Shown piece after piece: positions 12,395 through 23,929 of a stretch of DNA of 64,000 nucleotides. A model generated the notes under the pieces. That model was not told the origin of the DNA. It did no database searches and was given only the letters and a program-made list of their open reading frames with translations. The DNA comes from Squalus acanthias (lineage: Eukaryota), in NCBI GenBank assembly GCA_030390025.1, contig CM059434.1, positions 45,384,001 to 45,448,000 of the forward strand. The letters are read 5' to 3'. The translations under genes and the position numbers were made by a program. Numbering within the stretch: the first letter of the stretch is position 1; the number at the start of each line of letters is the position of its first letter.

Positions 12395-14439
12395 GATAAA
12401 TGGATAATGACAACAACAGTGACTCAGAGAGCCCTATGATAAAAATTATAATGGACAATGTACCTTTGAAGGCAACTCTACCCTTAATATGATAACATTT
12501 TGAATGCAATATCATTAGAGTCAATGTAGATACAATAGCTTAATCTAATCAGGAAATCTGTGTTTTGAACAAGGTGTAATCAGAATGTATCAATGTCTCA
12601 AAGCACAGATACATTCTTATCGTGAACACCACATGATACCAGCCTCAGACTTTAATATTTATAGATTATGAAAGCGTGGGTATTGTGTAGCATGGACAGT
12701 CTCACAAACTGACTTTCAATGCCAGGGGCTGCTGTTTAAAGGGTTTTCTGAGTGTAAAAAGTCAACACATTTCCCATGCTTGGTAATATGCCTTTTGTCT
12801 TGCTGCGAAGTACAAAGCTACATAATTCCTGTAGACTACATTCTGTGTTTGCTGAGAACAAAACTAATTATTTTCTGATAAAGGACTTTTAAAGTTTGGC
12901 AGAAATATTCAAAGGAACTCAGCAGATTGGTTTGTCCGTTTATCTCTTTGGGAACTGAGTCCAGACTATTGTATTGTGAGTTGATGCTGTAAATAGATTT
13001 ATCCATAAATAAACCAGTTTTGTTACGAAAAATAGAATGGGAGATAATTGTAAAAAGTGACGTGATATGTAGTGGAATTCCTACATACTTTGGGAATAAT
13101 AAAAGAATTTATCATTCACCAGGTCTTGTTACTTTCTAGATCCTTTCCATATTATGCCAAGTTTCTGATCATAGGGAGCTCAGGCTCACCTATGGAAGAT
13201 GACTTTTATGTAGAGCATGAGTAGAAAGTATTAGGAAATTCCAAATAGTAACAACAGCATTTGAACAGAAAACAAATGATTTTCAGAACAATCCGTTCTG
13301 AAAATGTGTCATGAAACAATTTTGTTTCAATACTTCAGACATGATGTGATGCATGAACATGTACGGATTTTATAGTCTTTTTAAAGCTGCTTCCATGAAG
13401 GAACAGTCCTTTATTTCTCAGGTTTGTCTCACAAACTGGTTACAAAGCTATGATCAATGTCTAGCGTACAGGCAGTGAGGAGAAACATGGGCTATGTTTA
13501 TTGAGAGTTTAAAAAAAAAACAGAAACGCAGTTAGTAGTTAGCATTACTGGGATGTTATCCAGCCATAAAGAGGATTTCAGGACTTTAAGTCTTGCAGCA
13601 GCACCTAATTTCCCATCCTGCAAAGGGTGAGCTCCCAAACACAGGTGTTTGCGGACCTCCATTATTTCATGTTAATGAAGCTGACCCCCTAATAACAAGT
13701 GGGGTCAGTGTACTAACGATCAGGCTCTTCCCACTACATCTGACTTCTGGTCTAGCTTATGTCTGAGTGGAACAACTGGGCTATACTGTCCATGTGCACA
13801 GTTCCATGAAGTATGTTACCTTTTTTGTTGCTGCATTATCCCATTTCATGGGAATCTTTTTAGTAAACTATATCTATAGTAACAGGCCTCCAGGATAAAT
13901 ACTCACTGAGTGTATAACACACATAGGCCAATTTTATATGTTCATGTTGCCAGTGGAGAGCCTCACACTGGGGCTCCAATGTGTGTAACAGAACATTAGG
14001 ACCGACAACTGCAGCCATGTGTTCTCTTCTAACTCCTTGCAGATCTTGGCTAAGATATGGGAATAGCACTCTCTCACAGGAAAGAAGGGAAAATCATCAG
14101 TGATGTTACCAGTTAAACAACCACTTTTCAGTTTAACTCGTAGGTAAAGGTAAGCAATTGTAAATCTCAGGGCTCTTTGCTTTACATCTCAGGAGTGATG
14201 AGGTCAATGATATGGTATGTATATATGAAAAGCAACTTGAGTTTGACAAACACTCGTTGTTAGCAAACCTCAGATCCTCTGGGAAAGCATTATGAATCTT
14301 TCAAGCACATGGCTCTCTGACCCTGACTGTTCTCCAGCACTTAGTCTCTGCTTGGCGCTTTAGGTCCTAACTGTAACATTAAAGTGGAAGAGAAGAGTAC
14401 AATACAAAATGGCCACATAAAATGGCGATAATGTGGAGT

Positions 14440-14540
14440 ATAAACAGAAAATGCTGGAACACTCAGCAGGGTAAACAGTATCTGTGGAGAGAGAAATAAT
14501 GTTAACGTTTCAGGTTGATAACCTTCCATCAGAACTGGAA
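14440..14540. repeat. Short interspersed repeat (probable Penelope-like terminus); second copy at 61155-61240
   Basis: AAACAGAAAATGCTGGAA...CTGTGGAGA...GTTAACGTTTCAGGT shared between the two sites; class assignment from recall only. Confidence 0.55.
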
Positions 14541-15599
14541 CCCAGTCCGGAGATGTGCTGCTGACTCTAGCAATATTTCTGGCCCCAGGGTCATTTACAC
14601 AGGCTCCCCGGTCTCTGCCAGGGAGTTGCGCCCCTGTGGCAGGCCTGGAGGGGAAGAGAAAGCGAGATAAAAAGATAGCCAGCAAACTGCCTGGTTTTAA
14701 AATATTTTTTAAAGATTGAAAATGTTGGTTTAAACTAACAGCGTCTGTGCACGGCCACGCTCTGAGAGTGTTTGCATAGAGCTGTCATCTTTCTGACCTG
14801 AAGCCAGTTTTGCTGGTATCTGAATGCTGGAGCCTAACAGGTGGCCCTGGAGTCCAGTATTTGAAGAGTGCAAATGACGAGAAACATGGTGGGCAGGAAT
14901 AATGCACCCCAATGGGAGCAGATGCTGGGAAATAGTGGGGAGGAGAAGATGCAGCAAGGTTCATCCACAAGTTGCTTTCTGTCTCCGCCTGCCCCTGATC
15001 CCCCTGAAAAATTATTGGGAAAGGGAGGGAGTGGAAAGCCCATCAAAGAAATGAGGCACCCATGTTTCCATGTGGACTGAAACAACTGATTGGCTCCTTT
15101 AAATGCCCAGAGCTGGATTGAAGTTTCTTGTGGCTTTGGGCACCAAGAACATTTGGGGCCCCTCCGTGACTCCCACACAACCCGTTCCAATCCATTAAAT
15201 CATAAGCATGCAGTAAAATGCTTGAAGAATAGGTCAGTATTAATAATAAAGCAAATCATAACCACAATATACTATGCTTAAATGAAATGGATCCAACGGT
15301 TGTGTGCAGTTTTTCTGTGTTATGGTTTTACTGGGGGCTTCATATTTGGCGGTATTCATGCGCCCCTGCCTGCTGTCAACTCATTTTGCTGCCTTATTGC
15401 CACCTTAATAACAATAATTACTGTAATAAAAGGTGGGTTGACATCAACTGGAGACCTTCAATCTGTGTTTAGAAAGCTAAAGAAAGCGCTGGAGCTGTTG
15501 AGAGCCATTAAACCAAAGTACTCCCAGAGAGCAAAATGGGTCAGCACTTTGTTACTGCTGAAAGCAACACTTGGCAGTTTCAGTCCCAGATTTTTACGG

Positions 15600-16100
15600 G
15601 AAGGGGGTAGTGACACGTCCAATGAGCTCATTGAAAGGAAGAAAGCCGTGCATTTTATTTAAGGCGGTTGAGCGTCCGGTGGAAGCGGGCAACTTCACTA
15701 CCGCTGGAGAGTGGAAGAGAATTGGTCACCAGAGATAGATGTGATCGGGAGAAAGCCCCGGAGCTCCGCTCAGTGACATTTTGACAGCCTGGTTCAAGGA
15801 ATCAGAGCGAAAGGGATCGATCTGTCTGAAAATCTTCGGTAAAACTCGGCAGAAATGACGCCTGTTGCTGGATTTTACACCGCAAAGGCGCTCCTAACGT
15901 TGAGCGTGGTCACCCTCTTATTTTCACCCTCAGGTAACATATTGTGGGAAAGGTTGACTTCAGTTGTTTAATTCCAACATGGAGGCGGCAGGACGGGAAG
16001 TTAATGTTCTGCCTCCCACAGCCGGTCGCTGCCGCCTGCCCCGAGTTATCCGAGGTTTCAGGGTGGGTGGTTTTGTTGCAGGATCATGGCGTGTTATTCC
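15600..16100 (+). promoter_or_regulatory. Probable promoter/first-exon region of the B7-H6-like gene
   Basis: Non-repeat, locally CpG-rich stretch around the signal-peptide exon, with CCAAT (about 15619) and ATTGG (15721); TSS not determinable. Confidence 0.5.
15855..15933 (+). CDS. NCR3LG1-like: B7-H6-like gene exon 1, signal peptide: MTPVAGFYTAKALLTLSVVTLLFSPS(G)
   Basis: ATG with purine at -3, hydrophobic core, CAG|GTAACA donor in phase 1 matching the phase-1 IgV acceptor at 35840; linkage across the 19.9-kb intron is inferred. Confidence 0.72.
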
Positions 16101-17284
16101 TCTGGTTTGTGACCGAGCAGATTCTGCTCGCCTTGTTTGGACAAAACTCACACTTTTCCCCAACCCAGCCCCTCGGAAAACCCTGACCTTAAAGTCGCTC
16201 ATTGCTTCACTTTTATCAAAGCTATTTTTATCCCAGAAGCAGAACTGTTACATGGAACTACTAACGGGTTAGTTACTGGGTAGGATAAGGCCCAACAATG
16301 ATTCTTCAGCGATGTTTATGTTTTGTTGGTGGACTTTAGCCGACCTTGGGATAGGAGTGCATGAGGAGATAAATCTTCCTTCACCTGCCCATGGAAGGAG
16401 GGGATTGGAAACTTGATGTTTCAATAGAACGCTCGCCCGTCTTCACAAAATTCAGCCAGCAACAGAATTGGTCCTTGAGTGCCAGAACTAGTGCAAAGCA
16501 AATCCTGAAAATTGAGTTAAAAAAAAATGACCAAATGGAAGAAAGCAATAGGTACTTGTGTGGTGTAAGGGGTGTGTGCGACTGTTTCCAACTTGTGTCA
16601 GCAACATGAATTCAGAAACACAAATGTAATGTAAATATTTGCAGATAACCAACTTTGGAGAGTGGGCAATTGGGTCTGATGGGGTCAAGGATACTACTAA
16701 AATTAACTAGATAAAATGCGTAATTTAAAGGAACAGTAGCACAGTATTGCCAACCCCACCAATTCAAAAATCAGGAGACAAACTCTTAAAAATCGTGGGG
16801 GAGAAATTTGGCAGCTTAGTGCCTCCAGTTAGTGCAACGGGGTGCTGAGGCAGTAGCGCTGCGGCGAGGCAAATTCAGCGTCACATGCCAAATTCGCCCC
16901 CACCCCCCCGGTAGCGCTGCCGCTATGAGTTAGCGCCGGGGACTTCCACGCCAGGCAGATCGTGACACGTGCAATGCTCACTGTGCCCCCGATCTGCCAA
17001 ATTGAGTATCACCCCCTGCCTTAGCGCCTCGCCCTGACAGCGACAGGGAGAGGAGGTGTGAAGCAGTCGGTAGCCAGCTCCAGGGGCGCTACTTAAAGGG
17101 ATCATGAGTAATGAGTTGCAGCTCCCAGGTTAGTGCTGTTTCAGTGCTTCCTTGTCAGTTTGTCATTGTGCAACAGTTTAAATCAGTCATTTAAAGGTTG
17201 TTTAGTCTCTGGAGTGTTGTGGCAACTAAAAATTAGCGACATTTATTCTCACAACGTAGCAAAGTGCTGCACTTGGTTACATTA

Positions 17285-18458
17285 ATGGGGGCTGTACTGG
17301 CAGTTGACCTCGCCCCCCAGGATCTACGGTGGAGGGAGCGGAGGCAGCGAGAAAGATTGGAACATGTGGTCAGAGGGAGGAGAAGGGCCGTGAGGGCTCT
17401 CAACAGGAGGCCTTATCCTCCGAGAGTCTTCCGACAGCAATTCTCCTACCTCCAATTAAGCCAGGAGAAGTGTATTAGAAGGCTCCGCTTCAGCAAGGAG
17501 GTGGTCACAGAACTCTGCTACCTCCTGCAACCAGACCTCCAGCCTCAGGTCAGGACGAGGACGGCTCTCTCAGTGGCAGTCAAGGTCACTGCCGCCCTCA
17601 ATTTCTTCGCCAGCGGATCCTTCCAGTCTGCAACAGGAGACATAGCTAACATCTCACAGTTCGCCATCCATCGCTGCATCCAGGAGGTCAATCAGGCTCT
17701 CTACAGTAGGAGAAGGGAGTACATTTCCTTCCCCATCACCAGAGAGAAGTAGGACGAGCGTGTATGTGACTTTGCCCATGGTGCAGGGTGCCATTGACTG
17801 CACCCACATGGCTTTGCAGGCACTGCATAACAATCCTGACATCTTTCGTAACCACAAAGTCTACCATTCACTTAATGTCCAGTTGGTGTGTGACCACAGA
17901 CAGTGAATCCTCACCATCAATGCCCACTATCCTGGCAGTAGCCACGATGCCTTCATCCTGCGCCAGACCGGTGTTCCAGCACTCTTCCAGCCACCACATC
18001 AAGCTCGTGGCTGGCTGGTCAGAGACAAGGGGTATCCGCTCTCTACCTGGCTCATGACTCCCCTCCGCAACCACAACACTCCTGCACAGTACTCATATAA
18101 TGAGATCCATGCCGCCCCCAGGAACATCATTGAGCAGACCATCGGGGTGCTCAATCAACGGTTCCGCTGCCTTGACCACTTGGGAGGAGCCCTCCAGTAC
18201 TCACCAGAACGGGTGTCCCAATTCGTCATGGTCTGCTGCATGCTCCACAATCTGGGCATCATGAGGGTCCAGCCGTTGCCACCAGGGATTGAGGGACCAC
18301 CTCAGGAGGAGGAAGAAGGAGAGGAGGAAGAGGAGGAGGATGACGAGGAAGATGAGGAGGAGGAGGAGGAGGAACAGGAGCGAGGGAGGAGGCAGCCATT
18401 CAATCGGCCTTCTGGAAGGGCGGTCCATGACCGCCTCATCAGACTGTGGTTCCAGTAA
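17285..18458 (+). pseudogene. Harbinger (HARBI1-like, DDE_Tnp_4) transposase of element A, disrupted
   Basis: [48 protein letters not shown] motifs; stop at 17750, further stop and frameshift; poly-acidic C-terminal tail. Confidence 0.92.
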
Positions 18459-19785
18459 ATTCAACCCCAGAACCCCGTTGCTCACCACATCCCCATCATT
18501 CCATCCCTGTCGCAGGCCATACCACAGCGCAAAGCTGAAATGAGAGAGAGTACAAAATTATTCGAAGTGAATTCATAAATTTATCAATAATCAGTGAACA
18601 CATATTTACAACAACAATATTAGCTATTCACCCTTGTGCAATCCCTTAGTGCCTGTCGTTACTGTGCCTTTCCCTACTCTAGTGCTCCTACGAAGTGTTG
18701 GCCCAGTGGCTGCAGCACAGTGGGTGAAAGGCTGCTGAGTGTCCTTGTGCGAGTCGTCAGATGGCCTTGCAGGACGTCCTCAACCAGCTCTGGGCCTGGA
18801 AGGCCCGGCTGTAGACTGCACCACCTCAGCATGGGCAGCAGCAGTCTGGGCTGGCTGGATGACAGGCAGCGACAAGGACAATGGTGGAGTGACAGTGGTG
18901 GGAGCAGGAATGCTGTCATCCTGAGAGAGGACAGCAGGTTCCTGCTCCACTGACCCACTGCCACTCCCCCGGGGCAGCACCTCAGCATCCCTAGGAATCT
19001 GTTGCAGCACAGATTGCTGGCCTGCTGCAACACCATGAAAGCCCCGGTCGACGGTGATAGACCCAGCCACGATGGCAGCATACAGTCATAGAGTCATAGG
19101 GCTCAATTTTGCCAGGTCCGAGGAGGCGGGGTTGGAGGCGTGTGAGGTGGTAAAATCGTAAAAAAAGGCGGGCGGGCCCAATCCTGCCTCCGAGCAATTT
19201 TCCCACATGCGTGTTTTCTGACCCCATTTCCATCCCACCTCCAAGAGGCAGGATAGGCCCTTAAGACCCTTAACAACCACTTAATTGCCTCTATAATCCC
19301 ATTTTGAGAGGCCTTTCTGATTTTAACACTTTTCCCATGTGCTGCACGTCTCCTCTGGAACATGCCAGTGAATCCTGGCGGCATCACAAGTGGATTGCTT
19401 ACTAACGGCTGCAGCTCCACCATTAAAAAGGAGTTTTCAGCAATCATCATTTGCAGGTGGCAGAACTTTGTTGTCTCAGGTCTGGGGGAACTTTTAGCAG
19501 GCCTACTCATTGTTCTGGAAGTTTGGAGCCTGACACCCATCTCCAGTGTGACCTCCTGGGAAACCCCTCTCTGCACCTTGAATGAGCGCTTCCTCAACTG
19601 AGGTATATACCAGAAGAATGGGAACCATTTATTTCCTTTCCTCCTGGACATCAGATTCGGACAAAGACCATCCACGGCAGCAGCAGAACCCTGAACAACA
19701 GCAGCACCAACTGCAGGAGCAACAGCAGGAGCTCTAAGCTGCTGCTCACCCACCTGAAGCTGCACAGGCCAGAAGGCGCCAGCGC

Positions 19786-20757
19786 ATGGAAGCACGTCGC
19801 CGCAGGAGATACCCCCAAAACAGGGTCTACAGACAGAGGATCAGCTACCTCAACATGACTGAGCAGCAGTGCCAAAGGAGGCTCCGACTTTCGCAAGAGG
19901 TAGTGGGTGACATCTGCGCAATGCTGCAGCAAGAGCTGGAGCCCAGAGGAGCAGGTGGACCCCCCTTACCAGTGGCCGTCAAAGTCACCACCGCACTCAA
20001 CTTTTTTGCTTCAGGCTCATTCCAGGGATCAGCAGCAGACATCAGAGGCATCTCCCAGGCGGCCGCACACACTTGCATCACGCAGGTAACCGATGCCCTC
20101 TTTGCCATCGCTCATAATTACATCAATTTCTCCAAGGATCAAGCCAGTGTAACTGCGTGTGCGGTTGGGTTTGACAATCTGGCAGGCTTTCCAAGGGTGC
20201 AGGGCGTCGTTGACTGCACACATGTGGCCCTTAAGGCACCCCATCACAATCCAGGTATTTTTGTCAACCGCAAGGGCTTCCACTCCCTCAACGTACAGCT
20301 GGTGTGTGACCACAAGAAGAAAATTTTGCATGTTTGCGCCAAGTACCCTGGCAGTTGCCATGACCCCTTCATCCTGCGCCAGTCTAGTGTGCCTCCGCTC
20401 TTCAGTCCGCCAGACCAACTTTTCGGATGGCTACTTGGAGACAAGGGCTATCCCCTGAAGACGTGGCTAATGACGCTGTTGAGGAGCCCATCCAACGAAG
20501 CTGAGGAGCGCTACAACTCCAGCCACATTTCCACCAGATCCATAATTGAACAAACCATCGGCTTGCTGAAGATGCGATTCAGATGCCTTGATAGATCAGG
20601 TGGAGCCCTGCAGTACACAGCAGCCAGGGTCTCCAGAATGGTCGTGGTCTGTTGTGCACTTCACAACATGGCACAGCATCGTGGCTTGCAGATGCCTGAG
20701 GAACAAGTGGCTCATCACATAGCCTCCTCAGATGAGGAGGAGAGTGACAACGAATAG
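19786..20757 (+). CDS. Harbinger transposase of element B; 323-aa core is open, original N-terminus (ATG about 19618) and C-terminus frameshifted
   Basis: [43 protein letters not shown] motifs intact. Confidence 0.85.
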   Translation: MEARRRRRYPQNRVYRQRISYLNMTEQQCQRRLRLSQEVVGDICAMLQQELEPRGAGGPPLPVAVKVTTALNFFASGSFQGSAADIRGISQAAAHTCITQVTDALFAIAHNYINFSKDQASVTACAVGFDNLAGFPRVQGVVDCTHVALKAPHHNPGIFVNRKGFHSLNVQLVCDHKKKILHVCAKYPGSCHDPFILRQSSVPPLFSPPDQLFGWLLGDKGYPLKTWLMTLLRSPSNEAEERYNSSHISTRSIIEQTIGLLKMRFRCLDRSGGALQYTAARVSRMVVVCCALHNMAQHRGLQMPEEQVAHHIASSDEEESDNE

Positions 20758-21107
20758 CATGCAGAGGCGCATCAACCAGCGGCAGCAGCATGCGAGCACA
20801 TTGCTGCCCGGGATGCAAGGGACGCACTCATCTTGGCCAGATTTGCTTAGCCTAGACAATCAAGCACTTTTGCCTCGCAGCTTCTTACCAGACCATTGAC
20901 AATGGCCAAGAACCTGCGGATTCCTATCACTATGACCACCATACTGGCAATTGCAAGTCACCCTAAGCCCTCAATGTGAAAGTCCCATTTGCGAAATGAC
21001 ACACGCCACAACTTCAACAGTTTGACATCAGCATTTTTTATCACAACAAGCAACTGATAGTATTTCAAAAATAAACACGTGACACCCAAGTGACTACCCT
21101 TGTGACT

Positions 21108-22975
21108 ACTTGTGCATTATCTTCCTCTTACGCGTGCTCCTACGTGCTGCTTCCCCTGTGGCTTCAGCAGATGTGGAGGCCCCTTGCTCACTTTCTTGCT
21201 GCTCCTGCCTCGACACCTTTGGCAGGCGTCCTCTGGGGTTGCGAGCCTGTGAGGGCTCGGCAACAGTCTACTGCTCCTGCGGCTGTGCAGGGGTTGAGAC
21301 GCCGATCTCAGTTGGGTGGGGACTCTGACCGAGGGCTCTGCAGTGGCATGGTCATGTGAGCGCTTGGAGAGGAGTCCCCACTTCCTTGTTGTCTGCCACC
21401 AACATCCCTCTCATGGGTCAGCCCCATTTCAGACCTAGCAAGTGGCTGGACAGCCCCTTTCTGCACTTCAGGGGGGCCATGAGGACCCGTTTCTGCGCTG
21501 GAAGTCCTACTCCAGAGGACTTCCATGAAGGTCTGGTTTCTCTGCTCAATAGCTGACCATCGCTGCTCAAGAGATGTCAGTCTATTCTGAACAATTACCA
21601 TGTTTTCATGACCCTGGCGACTAAGCTCCTCCATGGCCATAGCCATCCTCTCCTCGACGGTAGCCATCCTTTCCACGGAGGTTGCCATCCTTTCCGTGGT
21701 GATGCGTTCATGCGCCAACGCCTCCACAAAGGCTCTGCTCATGTTAGCGATGGACTCCTCCATTCACTCCACACTCGCAGCGACCCTGGAGACAAAACCT
21801 GCCAGAGACTCCTGCACCTGTTCCTGGAGTTGCAGCACCGCTCTTCTTCTGGATGGACCCGGAGGCACAGGGTCGACATGCAGCTGAGCTGGCAGAGTCG
21901 TGCGCCCTCCGACGAGGACTCTCCACTGCTGCCCCTGTCGCCACCATCTGCTGATGCTCACTTGTAATCTGTGATACACCAGGTGACAACACTACACTAT
22001 CTCGCGCAGTTCCCACCGAGGTGTGAGTGTCTGCGCTGGTGCTGGGTGCGCTGAATTCTGCTGACGCTACGCCTTCAAAGGTTGCAGCTTCCTCTGAGGA
22101 GTCTTGAAGCTCAGGCTCTTCCTCTTGGACAGTGGGAATGGGGGCTGTCGATGGTCCTGTGGGGGAGTAAAGGAAAGAGTTGGAGATATGAGGTAAAGTT
22201 TGCATGCACATTGAATTGTACAGATGATCATAAGTCAATCTGTTAGACCTTCAGAATCATTATCAGTTACTCATGCAATGTCAATGAGAGAGATGCAAAA
22301 CTATTCTGTCACCAGCTTGATGTGATGCACCTGTCTGCCGTCCCCCACTTGCGCATCCTCCTCCACTCCCACAATCTCCAGGGCTGCCTCCTCCGCAGTG
22401 GTGAGCTGGGCTATTGAGGGTGGCCCTCCTCCTGTCCTCGCCCTCTCCCTCTTATTGTGGACTCTATTTTCCTGCAATGAGGGACATAAGTGGAGTTTGA
22501 GTGAAAATGAAGGAGTGAGTGTAGAGATTCCATAGCATAGATGCTTAGAAGGAGACAAAGATGGAGTGAGGTGCCAAGACCAAGGGCCGTGCCTGTGTGT
22601 TGTAAGTTGTTGTCATAGCATCACAGCGATAGGGAGTGTGAGGGCTGCATAGTCAAATAGTTAAGTGAATGTGAACTTACAGAGAGAGGGAATGGGTAAG
22701 GGTGCAGGGATGTCAGTGTCAAGTGGGATGTGGAGGAAGAGGTTGGCAAAGCTGAGTGCTGGTGAGGAGAGGCGATGGGGATCAGATTGAGGGTGATGGG
22801 AAAGTCATACTCACTTTTCCTGTGCGGAAAAGGTCATGAAACCTCTTCCTGCACTGCAGCCAGGTTCTGCGGCACATAGACATTGAGTTGACCTCCTGGG
22901 CCACTTGCATCCACACAGCTTTAGTCTGCTGGGGAGGTTTTTTCCTCCCTGAGCCTCCGGCATCGTCATCGGAGG
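21108..22975 (-). pseudogene. Myb/SANT-like partner gene of element B (3 exons; exon 1 partly deleted; stops)
   Basis: VWMQVAQEVNS...RTWLQCRKRFHDL|gtgagt; ENRVHNKRERARTGGGPP; coiled-coil-like exon 3. Confidence 0.85.
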
Positions 22976-23156
22976 TGACTTTCAGGATGGAAAGACTCAT
23001 TGGGCCAGGGGTTCCCACAAGCTTGAAATCAAGTGCCCAATTAGGGGAAAATCGCACTTTTTTCCCACTTCACATCGAAGTCGGGTTCCTGACATGAAAA
23101 CCACCTGACACGCCCCCAGCCCGCCCCAATGGCAAAATCCAGCCCATAGAGTCATA

Positions 23157-23929
23157 GGGGGAAAAATTCAGCTGCTTGCGCCTCCCGTTAGCGCCTTAAA
23201 TGGGCGCTAATGGGGCGTAAAGCAGCTAACGCCCGGGCGCAGCGCCGCCCACGCCTCCCGAAAAATTTAGTGGGAGGTTAGCGGCGGCGGCAGCCGGTAG
23301 CGCCCTGTGGCGCTGCGCCGCCGGCGATGACGTCATCGCCGTGCGCAGCGCCCCGCTCGCGCCCCGGCCGTGATCTTCAGTCGCGCCCCCTGATTTACCG
23401 CCAGACGCTATGTCCGACGGGTTCAGGGGGGCGTATGTGCGGCCGGGGCGGCGATATTTAAAGGGGAGGTGGCAGGCGGCCATTTTTGTTGCTGGCCGCC
23501 TGCCAGCACCTGCCCCCGTTGCTGTCCCCGGCCCCCGTGAAGCCCCCCCACCGTGAAGTGCGGGCTGCGCTCCAAGAGCCCGGCACTTCTCTTGAGTGCC
23601 GGGCTCTTTTGCCGGCACTCCCGATCCCTGGGAGCCCAGCTGGGCCCCGGTTCGCGCTGCGCAAGGCCCCTCCCCTTTAAGAAGGGGAGGAAGGCCTGCA
23701 ATACCGCGGCGCGACGTGCCGCAGCGCGTGGCGCTGCGGCACGTAGCGCCAGGATATTCACTCGCAGCGCCCCAAGAGGGATGCGGGGTGCTTCCAGTTG
23801 CGCCCCGCTTCCCTCTTGGGGCGCAACCACTGAAGTTCCGGCGCGGGGCCGCTAATTTTTTCGGGGCGCTAAAAGTCGCGCCCCGGCGAGGTTAGCGCCC
23901 CAAATGGAGCAATACTGAATTTTTAGCCC
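23157..23929. mobile_element. GC-rich Harbinger-type MITE C
   Basis: TIR GGGGGAAAAATTCAG / GGGCTAAAAATTCAG; perfect ATA TSD; very CpG-rich, so probably young. Confidence 0.9.

Larger units (their letters stand above)
19099..23145. mobile_element. Harbinger transposon B (transposase +, Myb-like gene -, convergent)
   Basis: TIR GGGCTCAATTTTGCCA / GGGCTGGATTTTGCCA; perfect ATA TSD. Confidence 0.92.

Noticed and set aside
13860-14069. Minus-strand 69-aa ORF with a GTGAGT donor-like site near 13905
   Set aside because: No recognisable protein similarity or partner exon; could be non-coding or chance
15282-15662. 126-aa ORF with hydrophobic N-terminus upstream of exon 1
   Set aside because: No recognisable domain or splice partner; lies in the presumed promoter region
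15570-15765. ISRE-like (AGTTTCAGTCC) and NF-kB-like (reverse complement GGGGCTTTCT) sites
   Set aside because: Both are imperfect matches that are expected by chance; not supportable without conservation data
19786-20757. Domesticated HARBI1 host gene
   Set aside because: Lies inside TIRs and a TSD with a Myb-like partner, has decayed sister copies nearby and frameshifted ends
23157-23929. CpG-island promoter or GC-rich protein-coding ORFs
   Set aside because: Bounded by TIRs and an ATA TSD; it is a MITE. The same probably applies to 28860-29385
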